A stretch of DNA of 64,000 bases from Spirochaetia bacterium (GTDB taxonomy: Bacteria; Spirochaetota; Spirochaetia; SZUA-6; Bin103): positions 1,120,001 to 1,184,000 of the forward strand of contig CBDATQ010000002.1 of the NCBI GenBank assembly GCA_965199955.1, given 5' to 3'. Below the pieces are notes generated by a model that was not told the origin of the DNA, did not search any database, and saw nothing but the letters and a program-made list of their open reading frames with translations. Both the position numbers and the translations under genes were made by a program. This document shows, in pieces, positions 31,181-41,414 of this stretch. Positions within the stretch are counted from its first letter, which is position 1. Every line of letters starts with the position of its first letter.

Positions 31181-33155
31181 GTCGCGAGCGGCACGCGCAC
31201 GTTGCCGCCGGCCGCCGAGGCGATCAGGTCCGTCGCGGAAACGGTGACCGCGGCGCCGGCATCCGCGATCCGCCAAGCGTCGCCGTCGCGCGCAGGCGGC
31301 CACGCCGGCGGGGTGTTGCCGGGGCGCACGACCAGGAACAGGGTCAGCAACCGCCAGCGGCCGTCGTTCGTCTCGGCCGCCACGAAGCTCTCCCGGCGCT
31401 GCTCCAGCGGCTCGTCCAGCCGGGTGCGATCGTAGGGCGCGTGGCACTGATGCTCGCCGCGCCGAAACGTGGCGGTGGAGCCTGCGAGCGCGCAGATCTG
31501 GCCGAGCAGGCGCACCGGGCCGCGCGGACCCGCGGCCTGCACCCGGAAGCAGCCGTCGGCGTCGATAGCGGCGCGGTCGGCGGTGTGCCACCGCAGCGTC
31601 ACCGACTCCGCGCGAGCAAGCTCGCACTCGTCCAGCACCGCGACCAGGTCCGGGAGCAGGTGGATCACGTGCCGGTGCACCCGCACCACGTCGCGGTAGG
31701 CGGCGGTGAGGTCGATCGACCACGCGGCTCCGTGCTCGTCGAAGGAGGCGTGCAGGAAGGTGCCCTCGAGCGGTTTCTCGAACCGCATCTCCCGGCCGCC
31801 GATCTGCAGCAGGTTGTGGCCTCTGACGCTGGCGTTGTAGTAGCGCGCGCGGGACTCGCCGAAGAAGTCGGCGGGGTAGGACGAGGGGGAGCCCAGATCG
31901 ATGATCAGCGGCGCTTCTCCGGCGTGGATGACGAGCTGCCCGTCGTCCTGGTGCTCGTGGATGGGTTCGCGGCCGGCCTTGCCGTGCACGACTACGGCGT
32001 CCGGATCGCTCCAACTCGAGCGGCTGGCGACCAGGCCCCCCCAGCCAGAAAGGCGGCGCCGAGCGGGAGGTCGCTCCCATCCGATGCATCGCCGCCGGGC
32101 GGCGTGGCGGCCAGCATGGGGTCGTACCACAAAAGGTCCACCACGTCGACCTGGGTCAGATCGGCCGCGGGATCGTGCACGATCCCGTACGTCTCCATGA
32201 ACCACTGCAGCAGCCCGTCGCGGGCCGCCGACGAGATTGGCCCGAAGTAGCCGATCAGCAGCGGCCCCTGCGCGTGGGAGTCCCCGAACGGGATCGTGTG
32301 GCCCGGCGGCACCGTAACGTGCATCAGCCATCGGCAGAACTGCGGAAACGGATGGGCGGCCAGCCGGTCTTCCTGTCCGCCAGTCACCGAGTGGCGCGCC
32401 GCGAAGTACCGGACCGGGTACTGCAGGGAGCCTGAGTAGCCCACCGACTCGCTGAACTCACCGTTCGGGCCCAGGACGGTCAGGTACTTCTCCATGCGCG
32501 GCTGCGCCATCTCCACCAGCAGATCGGATCGGTCGTGCTCGCTCCCCAGCACCATGCCGACGATTCCCAGCCCGCCGACCACCACGGTCATCCAGTTGCT
32601 CGGCCGGGTCAGCCAGTGCGGATCGGTCGGGGCGGTGGCCAGATAGGGCCGGATGGCGCAGCGGTCGAGCCCTTCGACGATCATCGTCCGCTCGGCCGCG
32701 CTCAGGTGCGCGTACAGCCAGTCGTAGGTCAGCGCCACCCCGGCGCCGAGCTGGCCGGTGCGCAGGTCGGCCTGGAACATCTCGTGGGCGAAGTCCAGCC
32801 ACCGCGGCCACCGTTTCGTGTCGAACAGCGCCTCGATCTGTGTCAGGGCGTCCTGCCGATAGCGCTCCTCGCCGGTGACCAGGTGGACCAGGGAGTCGCG
32901 CAGCAGACGCCGCACCACCGCCTGGCAGATCGTGTTGTCGGCATTGGCGTGCCGGATCTGCTCGGCGGGCCGGCCGGGGAGCGCCGTGCCCGGAAGCAGC
33001 GGATCGGTCCCGACGGAGTCCTCGGCGCCCTGCCGGACCGTCTCCCAGAGGCGCGCTCCATACGGGCTGGCGATCGTGTCCCGAAGCTGGTCCAGGGAGC
33101 GCCGGCTGGGTCCAGGCTCGGCACCGAGAAATATCGAGGGGTGCCTGGCAGTCAT
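31177..33155 (-). pseudogene. Heparinase II/III-like lyase, frameshift in G7 run at ~32040
   Basis: ALTYDWLY, SNWMTV, GEFSESVGY, PFGDS; downstream frame HEHQDDGQ, IDLG, YNASVRGHNLL. Confidence 0.7.
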
Positions 33156-33422
33156 CGGGAGATCATGGGCCGATCGGCGAGAAGTGGGAAGCATGGCCGG
33201 GAGTGCCGATCCCTGAGGCGACTGCGCTCCTATCGGGAAATCACGTATCAAGTCACCCCTGCTGGCAGATGCGCTGTACGAAGTCTCGGATCCCTTGGGA
33301 GTGATCGTGTCCTTGATCCCACCAACCTGTCAGGTCGCGGATCCAGGGTTGCCGGACGGTATCGCCGGGGCCAAGGGCGGCCGAACATTGGTTCACAGAG
33401 ACCGGGCCTCGCGCTGTACTGC

Positions 33423-34313
33423 TTACTGCTTGAGGGAGCCGACCATCATGCCCTTGACGAAGTAGCGCTGGATGAAGGGGTACACGCACATGATCGGCAC
33501 CACCATGACGATGATCGACGCGGCGCGGAACGCCTGGATTGGCACCGGGTCGCGCTCGACTTCCAGCAACAGGTCCTGCAGGCTGCGGTCGCGGCTGACG
33601 TCTGTGATCTCTAGTGTGATGAGAAGGCGGCGCATCAGCACCGTAAGCGGCATCAGTCGCTCGTCGTTCATGAACACGAAAGGGGTATAGAAATCGTTCC
33701 ATATTTCCACGATGCGGAAGAGCGCAAGGGTGGCGATGACGGGCTTCGACAGCGGCAAGACGATGCGAAACAGCACGCGAAAATCGCCCGCACCGTCTAT
33801 GTAGGCGGCTTCGCGCAACTCGTCCCCCAGTTCGCGGAAGTTGGTCCTGAACAGGATGATGCCGAATACAGTCACCGCTCCCGGGAGCACCATCACCCAG
33901 ATCGTGTCGAGCAGTCCGAGCGCCCGGTAGAGCAGATACGTGGGAATCAGGCCTCCGGATACGAACATCGTGAGGACGTACATCATGGTGGCAGGCTTGT
34001 TCAACCAGAAGCCGCGAATGGTGAGCGGATAGGCGACAAGGGACGTAGCCAGCAGGTATATAAGCGTGCCCAGGACCGCGTATCGGACCGAGTTGTAGTA
34101 GGTGCGCAGCAACTCGGGGTTCTCCACCACCATCCGATACGCATGAATGTTGAACCCGACCGGAATGTAATTGGCGTTCCCGGTGGCTATGCCGGGTCCG
34201 CTACTGGTGGAGAGAGCGAACACATGATAGAAAGGAAACAGCATCAATAGCGTGAACGCGAACAGGAAGACGATGTTCAGGATGTCGAACCAGTTGTTCC
34301 GCGCCACTATCAT
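33423..34313 (-). CDS. Carbohydrate ABC permease
   Basis: SGGLIPTY, LREAAYIDGA, VLPLSKP, YPFIQRYFVKG. Confidence 0.92.
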   Translation of the reverse strand: MIVARNNWFDILNIVFLFAFTLLMLFPFYHVFALSTSSGPGIATGNANYIPVGFNIHAYRMVVENPELLRTYYNSVRYAVLGTLIYLLATSLVAYPLTIRGFWLNKPATMMYVLTMFVSGGLIPTYLLYRALGLLDTIWVMVLPGAVTVFGIILFRTNFRELGDELREAAYIDGAGDFRVLFRIVLPLSKPVIATLALFRIVEIWNDFYTPFVFMNDERLMPLTVLMRRLLITLEITDVSRDRSLQDLLLEVERDPVPIQAFRAASIIVMVVPIMCVYPFIQRYFVKGMMVGSLKQ

Positions 34314-34323
34314 GCCGCTGTTC

Positions 34324-35295
34324 CTACCACAGGCTGTGCCCGGTCGCCCGGCGGCCAACATAGTTCACGGTGGCTGCGAAGATGAAGGACACGGCCGAGT
34401 CGAGCACACCGACCGCGCTGCCGTACCCGATCTGTCCGCCGGCCAGCCCTACGCGATACACATAGGTCTGAATGACGTCCGCCGTCTCGTAGATGCCGGG
34501 ATTCTGCATCAGGAATACCTTCTCGAAGCCGACGCTTACAATGCCGATTGTCTGGAAGATCAGCAGGATCATCATGAGCGACAGCAACTCGGGCAGCGTG
34601 ATGTACCGGACGAGCTGCCAGCGGTTGGCTCCTTCGCATGTCGCGTTCTCATAGAGCTCCGGATTGATGCTCGCGAGCCCGGCAAGGTAGAGAATCGACC
34701 CGAACCCCACGCCCTGCCAGATGCCGGAACCGATGTACAGCGGCCGGAACCAGCCCGGCTCCATGAAGAAGTTGGTCTGCTCGCCGCCTATGCTCGCCAC
34801 CGCTCGATTGATGATGCCGTCGTACGAGAAGAATTCCTTCATCAAGCCGATGATGACCACCAGCGCGATGAAGTGCGGGAGGTAGCTGATGGTCTGGACG
34901 ACGCGCTTGTAGCCCGGCAGTCGCAACTCATTCAGCAGGAGCGCCAGCGCGATCGGCGGCCAGAATCCCCATAGGATGGACAGGAAGCCCAGCAGAAGCG
35001 TGTTGCGGATGAGGCGCACGGCGTATGGGCCGGTGAGGAACGCGGCGAAATTGTCCAGGCCGATCCAGGGACTGCCCCAGATGCCATCGACCGGGTTGAA
35101 GCGCTTGAAGGCCACCTGCATCCCGTAGATCGGCAGGTACTGGAACACCAGGATCATCCCCAGGCCGAGCGCCGTCATGACGTACAGGCTCTTCTGGCGG
35201 GGGAAGTCGTGCACGACCTGCGCCAGCCGTCCGCGCCGCGGGGATGCCGGCGCGACCGGACTGTCAGTCCCCACGGAGCCTCTCCGTCCCGCCAC
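34324..35295 (-). CDS. Carbohydrate ABC permease (LplB-like); alternative start 35274
   Basis: SPWIGLDNF, QTISYLPHFI, PELYENA, DVIQTYVYR. Confidence 0.92.
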   Translation of the reverse strand: MAGRRGSVGTDSPVAPASPRRGRLAQVVHDFPRQKSLYVMTALGLGMILVFQYLPIYGMQVAFKRFNPVDGIWGSPWIGLDNFAAFLTGPYAVRLIRNTLLLGFLSILWGFWPPIALALLLNELRLPGYKRVVQTISYLPHFIALVVIIGLMKEFFSYDGIINRAVASIGGEQTNFFMEPGWFRPLYIGSGIWQGVGFGSILYLAGLASINPELYENATCEGANRWQLVRYITLPELLSLMMILLIFQTIGIVSVGFEKVFLMQNPGIYETADVIQTYVYRVGLAGGQIGYGSAVGVLDSAVSFIFAATVNYVGRRATGHSLW

Positions 35296-35309
35296 GGAGC
35301 CTCTCCGTC
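35271..35309. repeat. Tandem 18-bp repeat (21-bp period) covering RBS and start
   Basis: CCACGGAGCCTCTCCGTC at 35271 and 35292. Confidence 0.85.
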
Positions 35310-35400
35310 ACTGTGACACTCCCATGACGCTGTGGTACACTGGCAGGGCAATTCAGTCAACGGGAGGCGCTCCGACGCTTCCCACAGGAGGACGATCACG

Positions 35401-37047
35401 ATGAAGACATTCGCGCGCACCCTTGCTGCGCTCGGCGTTGTACTGCTGGCCGCGTCGGGCGCTTGGGCGGAGGGCCAGGGGGAGGCCAGCGGGGCCGGTG
35501 CCATCCCGGACCAGGTCACGCTCCCGCTTGCGGAGAAGATAACCGTCGACTACACGCTGGCGGAGCACACCACGATTGGCCACTACGCCTTCGCCGACGA
35601 CGGCCATCCCGGCTTCATCTGGCTGGAGGAACAGACCAATGTCGAGCTCAACGACATCCAGATACCGCCGGGTGAGATCGAAGCGAAATATCAGGTCATG
35701 CTGGCCACGGGCGACCTGCCGGACATCTTCAACCCCGGCGCCGCCAATCTCAGCAAGGCGGACCTGGACGCCTTTGGCGATCAGGGTCTGTTCGTCAACA
35801 TCCTGGATTACGCGCACCTGATTCCCAACTACATGAAGCTGATGGATGAGGTGGAGCCGCTCGCCAACATGGTCACCAAGGACGGCAAGAAGTACGGCTT
35901 CGCCATCTACAACGCCGATCCGATTCCGTTCTCGCTGACGCTGGCGTACCGGGAAGACCTGTGGGAGAAGATGGACCTGCCGCGCGACACGTGGGAGGAC
36001 CTGTACGAAGCCTTCAAGACGTTGAAGGCGGAGTTCCCGGACTCCTATCCGGTCAACGCGTGGCAGACCGGTGACCGGTCGGTGCTGCTGTTCATGGCCG
36101 GGGCGAACTTCAACACCGATGAGAGCATCTACTACAACCACACCAACCGCGAGTGGCAGTACGGCCCGCTGGATGCCGAATACGAGTACTTCATGGAGTA
36201 TTTCTCGCGCCTGTGGGCGGAGGGGCTGCTGCATCCTGACACCTTCACCATGAGCTACGATCAGTGGAGCCAGTCGCTGGCCAACCACGAGTCGTTCTTC
36301 ACGTGGTGGTGGTCGGCATCGGGCAACTGGTTCAGCCCGGTCACGCAGTTCAAGCTGCCTGATTATGGCCCGGGCAAGGAGTGGACGTTCAGCGCCCTGC
36401 GCATTCCCAGCCTGGTAGAGGGCGGGCCCCGCGCACGGTCACGCAACACCATGCCCTACGGCAACTACGGGTATGTGAAGCTGATCTCCTCGCAGTCCGA
36501 GCACATCCCGGAGATCATGGCGTGGCTGAACTTCCTGGCCGTGGAGAAGAACAGCTACAGCGTCTTCTTCGGCCCGCCCGGGGAGTACTGGGACATCGTC
36601 GACGGCAAGTACCGGTGGCTCATTCCGGAGATCAAGACGCCGTACAACCCGGAGGGCACGCTGGCCGACCATGAGTGGTTCCTGCAGAAGTTCGGCGTTC
36701 GTACCAGCCTGGCCAACGTCGAGCTCGTCGGTATCGACAACCCGCGCATGGAAGCCAACATGACGATCGAGAGCGACCCGGACTACACGCAGTTCGAGGT
36801 GGAGGCGCGCCAGTACGTGGCCGACGGCTCGACCCCGCAGCGGCCGGAGCCGATCACGAACTTCACGGCCGAACAGGCCGACCGCGAGGCGCAGTTGAAG
36901 ACCGCCATCGACACCTACGCTCAGGAGCAGTCGATCCTGTTCATCACCGGCAAGCGCCCGCTGAGCGAGTTCGCGGCGTTCCAGGACGAGATCAGGAACC
37001 TCGGAGCCGAGGAGCTCATCGAGTTGTACAAGGCCGCTTCCAGCTAG
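35401..37047 (+). CDS. Extracellular solute-binding protein
   Basis: AGGAGG RBS, signal peptide WAEGQGE, MLATGDLPDI, FITGKRPLSEF. Confidence 0.92.
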   Translation: MKTFARTLAALGVVLLAASGAWAEGQGEASGAGAIPDQVTLPLAEKITVDYTLAEHTTIGHYAFADDGHPGFIWLEEQTNVELNDIQIPPGEIEAKYQVMLATGDLPDIFNPGAANLSKADLDAFGDQGLFVNILDYAHLIPNYMKLMDEVEPLANMVTKDGKKYGFAIYNADPIPFSLTLAYREDLWEKMDLPRDTWEDLYEAFKTLKAEFPDSYPVNAWQTGDRSVLLFMAGANFNTDESIYYNHTNREWQYGPLDAEYEYFMEYFSRLWAEGLLHPDTFTMSYDQWSQSLANHESFFTWWWSASGNWFSPVTQFKLPDYGPGKEWTFSALRIPSLVEGGPRARSRNTMPYGNYGYVKLISSQSEHIPEIMAWLNFLAVEKNSYSVFFGPPGEYWDIVDGKYRWLIPEIKTPYNPEGTLADHEWFLQKFGVRTSLANVELVGIDNPRMEANMTIESDPDYTQFEVEARQYVADGSTPQRPEPITNFTAEQADREAQLKTAIDTYAQEQSILFITGKRPLSEFAAFQDEIRNLGAEELIELYKAASS

Positions 37048-37085
37048 GGAGCGCCGGGGTCCGGCGTCCGAAGACGCAGCCTCAG

Positions 37086-37127
37086 GGGCCGCCCGCTGTC
37101 ATTCGGCAGCAGGGCGGCCCTTCGTTT
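37086..37127 (+). terminator. Probable intrinsic terminator
   Basis: GGGCCGCCC...GGGCGGCCC stem followed by TTCGTTT. Confidence 0.6.
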
Positions 37128-37156
37128 GCTCGGGCCCGGTGGGGCCCGGCAGACGA

Positions 37157-38767
37157 TCAGTTGTCCAGGGTGATCCCGTCGTCTGTCACGCGCAGTCGCG
37201 TGATGCGGCTGTCGGCCTTTCCGTGCTCCATGATGTCGCCCATGTAGGTCACCAGCACCACGTCCGGCTCGATCTCGACCGCGTGCTGGTTCGCCCAGAT
37301 CGCGTAGTCGACGATGACCGGTGGCGACCAGGTGCGTCCGCCGTCGCGGCTGAGGTGGGCGGCGAAGTGGGGATAGCGCGTGGTGGCGACCAGCGCTCCC
37401 GACCGCGTCGCGGTCAGCGACGGGCAGAAGCCGGGAAAGTGACCGATGGCGGCCGGCTGCCAGGTGCGCCCGCCGTCCTCGCTGCGAAGCTGCCACATGT
37501 ACGGGTCACGGTCCGGCCGGCCGATCCCGACCAGTACGCCGGGGGCGGCCTCGTCCATGGCTACCTCGTAGTAACGCGCGGCGTAACGGAGCATCGCGGG
37601 CGGCAGGTGCTGCTGGCGCGCATCCGCGTCGCAGACCACCGGCGCCGACCAGGTGCGGCCGTCGTCCGCGCTGCGCAGAGCCATGGCCGCCACGTACTGG
37701 CACTGCGTCGGCAGGATCGCCTCGTCCGGAGGGCTCACCATCATCGGCATGACCAGGGATCCGTCGCGCATCCGCACCGGCGGCCACGGTCCTCCGGCCT
37801 GCCACTCGGCAGGCCAGCCGCCGGCGATCGCCGTCACCGTCGGCCCCTGCCATGTCCGACCCTCGTCCGAGGACTCGTAGGAGCGCAACGGTGCGCTTGC
37901 GTCATCGTGGTCGACGCGCATGCTCACCCAGGTCCCGTCGCGGCGGACGAACGCGCCGGCCAGTCTGCCGTCCCGTGGAGCCGGTTCCGGCTCTCCCCAC
38001 GTCCTGCCGCCGTCCTCGGTACGGATCAGGACCGCCCGGCGGGTCTCGCCGAGGTTGGGATTGCCGAAGGTAAGGTAGAGCGTCGCGCGTCCGGGACCGC
38101 TCTTCAGCAGGGTCGCGTAGCTCTGGTAGGTGTCGGGGTCGACCTCCCGGCACGGAGTGATCCAGTGGGGGGCGGCCGGCGCAAGCCCATCCCATGCGCC
38201 TGGCGGACTCGGCGCTCCGGCGATCCGCAGCGCGTCGAACCGGGCCGCTTCGGGGTAAGGGGTCTGGATGGAGCCCAGGCCGATCCGGCCGGCCCGGTAG
38301 GTGTCGTCGTGGACGTCCGCGGCCGGGATGTCGTTGATCCATGCCTGCAGGCGACTGCCGGCTGCACGCACGCGGACCTCGTGCCAGCTCCCCAGCACCG
38401 CGCACAGCCCCGGCACCAGCCCAAAGCCGAGATAGCGCTGCAGCGGCGTGCCGTCGGCGACCACCATGCCCGCCCAGCACGCCCGCGAACGGAACTGCTG
38501 GCCGCCGACCGGCACGTCGAACGCGTAGAAACGGCGGCTGTCCTGGACTCGGAACAGGAACCGGACCGGATTGCTGGCGCGCAGGCGGAAGCGAAAAGTC
38601 GCCTCGAAGTCGCCGTACACGGCGTCGTCGCGCACCGCCAGGTGCTCGACGGCGGTGCCGTCGGGCGGGCACAGCGCGCCATCCGTGTCCTCCGTCCACC
38701 TGTCGCCCAGAAACGTCCATCCCGACCCGTCCGCAATGCGGAGCCGCGTCCCCGTGTCTGCGTCCAT
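37157..38767 (-). CDS. Jelly-roll (DUF1080-like) plus BNR sialidase-like protein
   Basis: YGDFEATFRF, WHEVRV, GRIGL; TEDGGRTW, SSDEGRTW, SADDGRTW, SEDGGRTW, SRDGGRTW. Confidence 0.8.
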   Translation of the reverse strand: MDADTGTRLRIADGSGWTFLGDRWTEDTDGALCPPDGTAVEHLAVRDDAVYGDFEATFRFRLRASNPVRFLFRVQDSRRFYAFDVPVGGQQFRSRACWAGMVVADGTPLQRYLGFGLVPGLCAVLGSWHEVRVRAAGSRLQAWINDIPAADVHDDTYRAGRIGLGSIQTPYPEAARFDALRIAGAPSPPGAWDGLAPAAPHWITPCREVDPDTYQSYATLLKSGPGRATLYLTFGNPNLGETRRAVLIRTEDGGRTWGEPEPAPRDGRLAGAFVRRDGTWVSMRVDHDDASAPLRSYESSDEGRTWQGPTVTAIAGGWPAEWQAGGPWPPVRMRDGSLVMPMMVSPPDEAILPTQCQYVAAMALRSADDGRTWSAPVVCDADARQQHLPPAMLRYAARYYEVAMDEAAPGVLVGIGRPDRDPYMWQLRSEDGGRTWQPAAIGHFPGFCPSLTATRSGALVATTRYPHFAAHLSRDGGRTWSPPVIVDYAIWANQHAVEIEPDVVLVTYMGDIMEHGKADSRITRLRVTDDGITLDN

Positions 38768-38799
38768 CTGTTGCTCCTTTCCCGTGCGGGAGGAGGCGG

Positions 38800-40416
38800 T
38801 CAGTCGATCTGGTCGCGCCGCACGGGCGTCAGCGCGCCGTCCGCGACGCTCAGGTACTGGGCGCGCATCCGGGACTCGAAGCTGTCGTAGTACACGTACA
38901 GCACCAGGTCGGGCCGCACCTCGAGCATCGATCCCATGACCCAGATCGAGCTGTCGATGATCGTCCCCTGCCAGGTTGCGCCGGCGTCGAAGCTGGCGTG
39001 CACGGTCATCATCGGCAGCCGGTGGGCGACCAGCAGGACTCCGGAGCTGGTCCGGAGCATGTTGGGAGTCGCGTAGCCGGGAAACGGGCCGCGCATGCAC
39101 GGGGTCCAGGTGAGGCCGCCGTCATACGACCACGTCTCCCACATCCAGGGCGAGTAGACCGGCCGGATCAACGCAACCATCGTCCCGTCGGCCGTCTCGG
39201 CGCCGCACACCTCGGTGAGGTCGAGGGAGCCGGGGACCGGCTCCCCCTTGCCGTTGACCGCGTGGTCGATGTTGACCAGGGGTGACCAGGTGGCGCCGTT
39301 GTCGGTCGAGCGGCAGGTGAAGGCGCGGCAGTGGACGGCGCCCCAGGTATGGATGAGCTCGTGACCGGGCCCGGACTGGTGGCCGCCGTACAGGAACATG
39401 ACGACGGTACCGTCGTCGAGGTTGGCGAACACCTGGGGACCCATGTGCAGGCCGGCCATGCCGTCCGGCATCGGTCCCAGGTCGAGGGGCCGCGGCCAAC
39501 CGACGGTTCGGATGTCATCGGACACGTCGGCCAGCGCGAACGTGCCGTCCGCGTCCGTGGACAGCCGGCGTACCTGGCCGTCGGGGAACCGGTGCAGGGT
39601 GCCGCGCACCGTCCACGGATCGTCGTCCACGGTGCCGGTGACCTTCGGTGCGCTCCAGGTCCTGCCGTCGTCGGCGGACCGGGTCATCAGGTGGCTGGTG
39701 GCGCCCGCGGGTCCCGGCCGGCTGGCGTTGTAGGTGAGCACCAGCTCGCCGTCACCGGCTCGCAACAAGGTCTGCGGCTTCTGCCAGACGCCGTGTTCGG
39801 CGTCTTCGACCGGGTAGAACCAGTTGGCCGGCTGCTCGACCGAGTCGTCCCAGCCGGCGCCCGGCGCCGGCTCGCCGTCGATGCGCACGGCGCGGACGCG
39901 TGCGCGCCCGAAGACGAATAGCCCCGTGCAGCCCGCCCCGTCGGGCAGACCGCGGTGCTCGAAGACGCCGCGGCCGTCGATCCGCGCGCGCAGCTCGCCG
40001 CCGCGTACCTCCACCTCCACGTCGTGCCAGATCCGGGTGCTCGAGGCGACGCGGTTGACCATGGCGAGCTGGTCGACGCGCAGGCAGCCGCTCGCGTCCA
40101 TGCGCGACAGCGCGGTCCAGAAGTGCTGTGCGCGGTATCCCTGGCCACAGCAGGGGAAGTGCAGGAGGGTAAAGTCGCAGCGGTTGCGGGCGCGGAAGAT
40201 CAGGCCGACGTCGCTGTGCGCCACGTCGTGGCATGCCTGGAAGGTGGCGCGGAAGTCCCGGTACGACGCGTCGGTCGCGAACGCGAACCGGCACCCCTGC
40301 ATGCCGCACTCGGTGTTGGCGTCGAAGGCGTCGACCGGCGCCATGCGGCTGTCGTCACCGGCTCGCCACTCGCCGCCGGCGCAGGTCCATGTGCGCGTCC
40401 CGTCCAGATCGATCAT
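38800..40416 (-). CDS. Jelly-roll plus BNR sialidase-like protein (paralog of 37157)
   Basis: YRDFRATF, WHDVEV; SADDGRTW, STDNGATW, SYDGGLTW, SFDAGATW. Confidence 0.8.
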   Translation of the reverse strand: MIDLDGTRTWTCAGGEWRAGDDSRMAPVDAFDANTECGMQGCRFAFATDASYRDFRATFQACHDVAHSDVGLIFRARNRCDFTLLHFPCCGQGYRAQHFWTALSRMDASGCLRVDQLAMVNRVASSTRIWHDVEVEVRGGELRARIDGRGVFEHRGLPDGAGCTGLFVFGRARVRAVRIDGEPAPGAGWDDSVEQPANWFYPVEDAEHGVWQKPQTLLRAGDGELVLTYNASRPGPAGATSHLMTRSADDGRTWSAPKVTGTVDDDPWTVRGTLHRFPDGQVRRLSTDADGTFALADVSDDIRTVGWPRPLDLGPMPDGMAGLHMGPQVFANLDDGTVVMFLYGGHQSGPGHELIHTWGAVHCRAFTCRSTDNGATWSPLVNIDHAVNGKGEPVPGSLDLTEVCGAETADGTMVALIRPVYSPWMWETWSYDGGLTWTPCMRGPFPGYATPNMLRTSSGVLLVAHRLPMMTVHASFDAGATWQGTIIDSSIWVMGSMLEVRPDLVLYVYYDSFESRMRAQYLSVADGALTPVRRDQID

Positions 40417-40838
40417 CACAGCACCGTGCGCTGCAGCGACTGGACGAAATGTATCCCGTCGACGTTCGTGTGGTTCAGCCGGTCGTCGTTGGTCATGAAC
40501 AGGTCGCAGTTGGCCACCGATGCGCAGGCGAGCTGGACCGCGTCGGAGGCGGAGATCTGCCATGCTGCGCGGATCTCCGCGAAGCGCCGGGCCGCGCGCG
40601 CGTCGAAGGGCAGCACGGTGGCTCCGGCCGGAATCGCGCGTTCGATCTCGGCCTGGACGGTCTCGTTCTTGTGCTCGACGGGGTGGACGAGCACCTCGCC
40701 TATCGTCAGCGCCGACGTGAGCAGCTCGTCGCCCCTCTCCAGCATGCGCCGGCGGAGATCCGCCGCCCGCCTGGAGGGCTCGCCGAAGCTCTGCAGCAAG
40801 TACAGGAACAGGTTCGTGTCCCAGAAGATACGGCTCAT
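40416..40838 (-). CDS. vapC: PIN-domain (VapC-like) toxin
   Basis: IFWDTN, TIGEVL, SDAVQLACA, MTND. Confidence 0.88.
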   Translation of the reverse strand: MSRIFWDTNLFLYLLQSFGEPSRRAADLRRRMLERGDELLTSALTIGEVLVHPVEHKNETVQAEIERAIPAGATVLPFDARAARRFAEIRAAWQISASDAVQLACASVANCDLFMTNDDRLNHTNVDGIHFVQSLQRTVL

Positions 40839-41326
40839 CGGCTCGACTCGCGGAGGCGCCGCACCAGCGTGTCGGCCGCTTCGGTCGAGCGGAGCGACTT
40901 GCCGATGTCGAGCAGGGACAGGATCGGGTCGACCGGAATCGGGATGGTGGCTGGTCCCACATACTCGGAGCTGTACCAGTCGACCAGATTGCGGTATCCC
41001 CAGGGGAGCTCTTCGGTGCGCGGGACGCTCTTTCCGCCCCGGCGGTCGGGGTGGTAGGGGTCGCCCGGCCGGAACAGCCGGCGGCGCCCGCGTTCGGTTT
41101 CGATCAACATCCGGTAGCGGCCAGGATTGGGCGCCTTGCTGGCGACGCAGTGCTGGGAGGCATGTACCACGAAGCCCGGGCGCAGCGGCCCCGCGCCGTT
41201 CGCCTCCGCGGCCGCGCGCCGGCTGATCTCGGAGACCGTGAAGTCATCGCGGTCGGGATGCTGTTTGTGCAGGAGCGCCGTGGCCACCCACACTTCGTCT
41301 GCAACTCGTATTCTCTCTTTTGCCAT
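40835..41326 (-). CDS. Hypothetical 163-aa putative antitoxin
   Basis: ATGA-coupled to PIN gene; C-terminal DPILSLLDIGK..ADTLVRRLRE resembles VapB tails. Confidence 0.6.
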   Translation of the reverse strand: MAKERIRVADEVWVATALLHKQHPDRDDFTVSEISRRAAAEANGAGPLRPGFVVHASQHCVASKAPNPGRYRMLIETERGRRRLFRPGDPYHPDRRGGKSVPRTEELPWGYRNLVDWYSSEYVGPATIPIPVDPILSLLDIGKSLRSTEAADTLVRRLRESSR

Positions 41327-41414
41327 GTATACCTGGTATATCGGAGAGGAGATCCGTTCTCTTGAGCGGATCCGCACGGCGTGACGGCCGGACGCGTTCG
41401 GGCGCCCGAGTGCG

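Noticed and set aside
33160..33420. Long intergenic segment as ncRNA or riboswitch
   Set aside because: No recognisable conserved motif or convincing stem set; may be a gene remnant.
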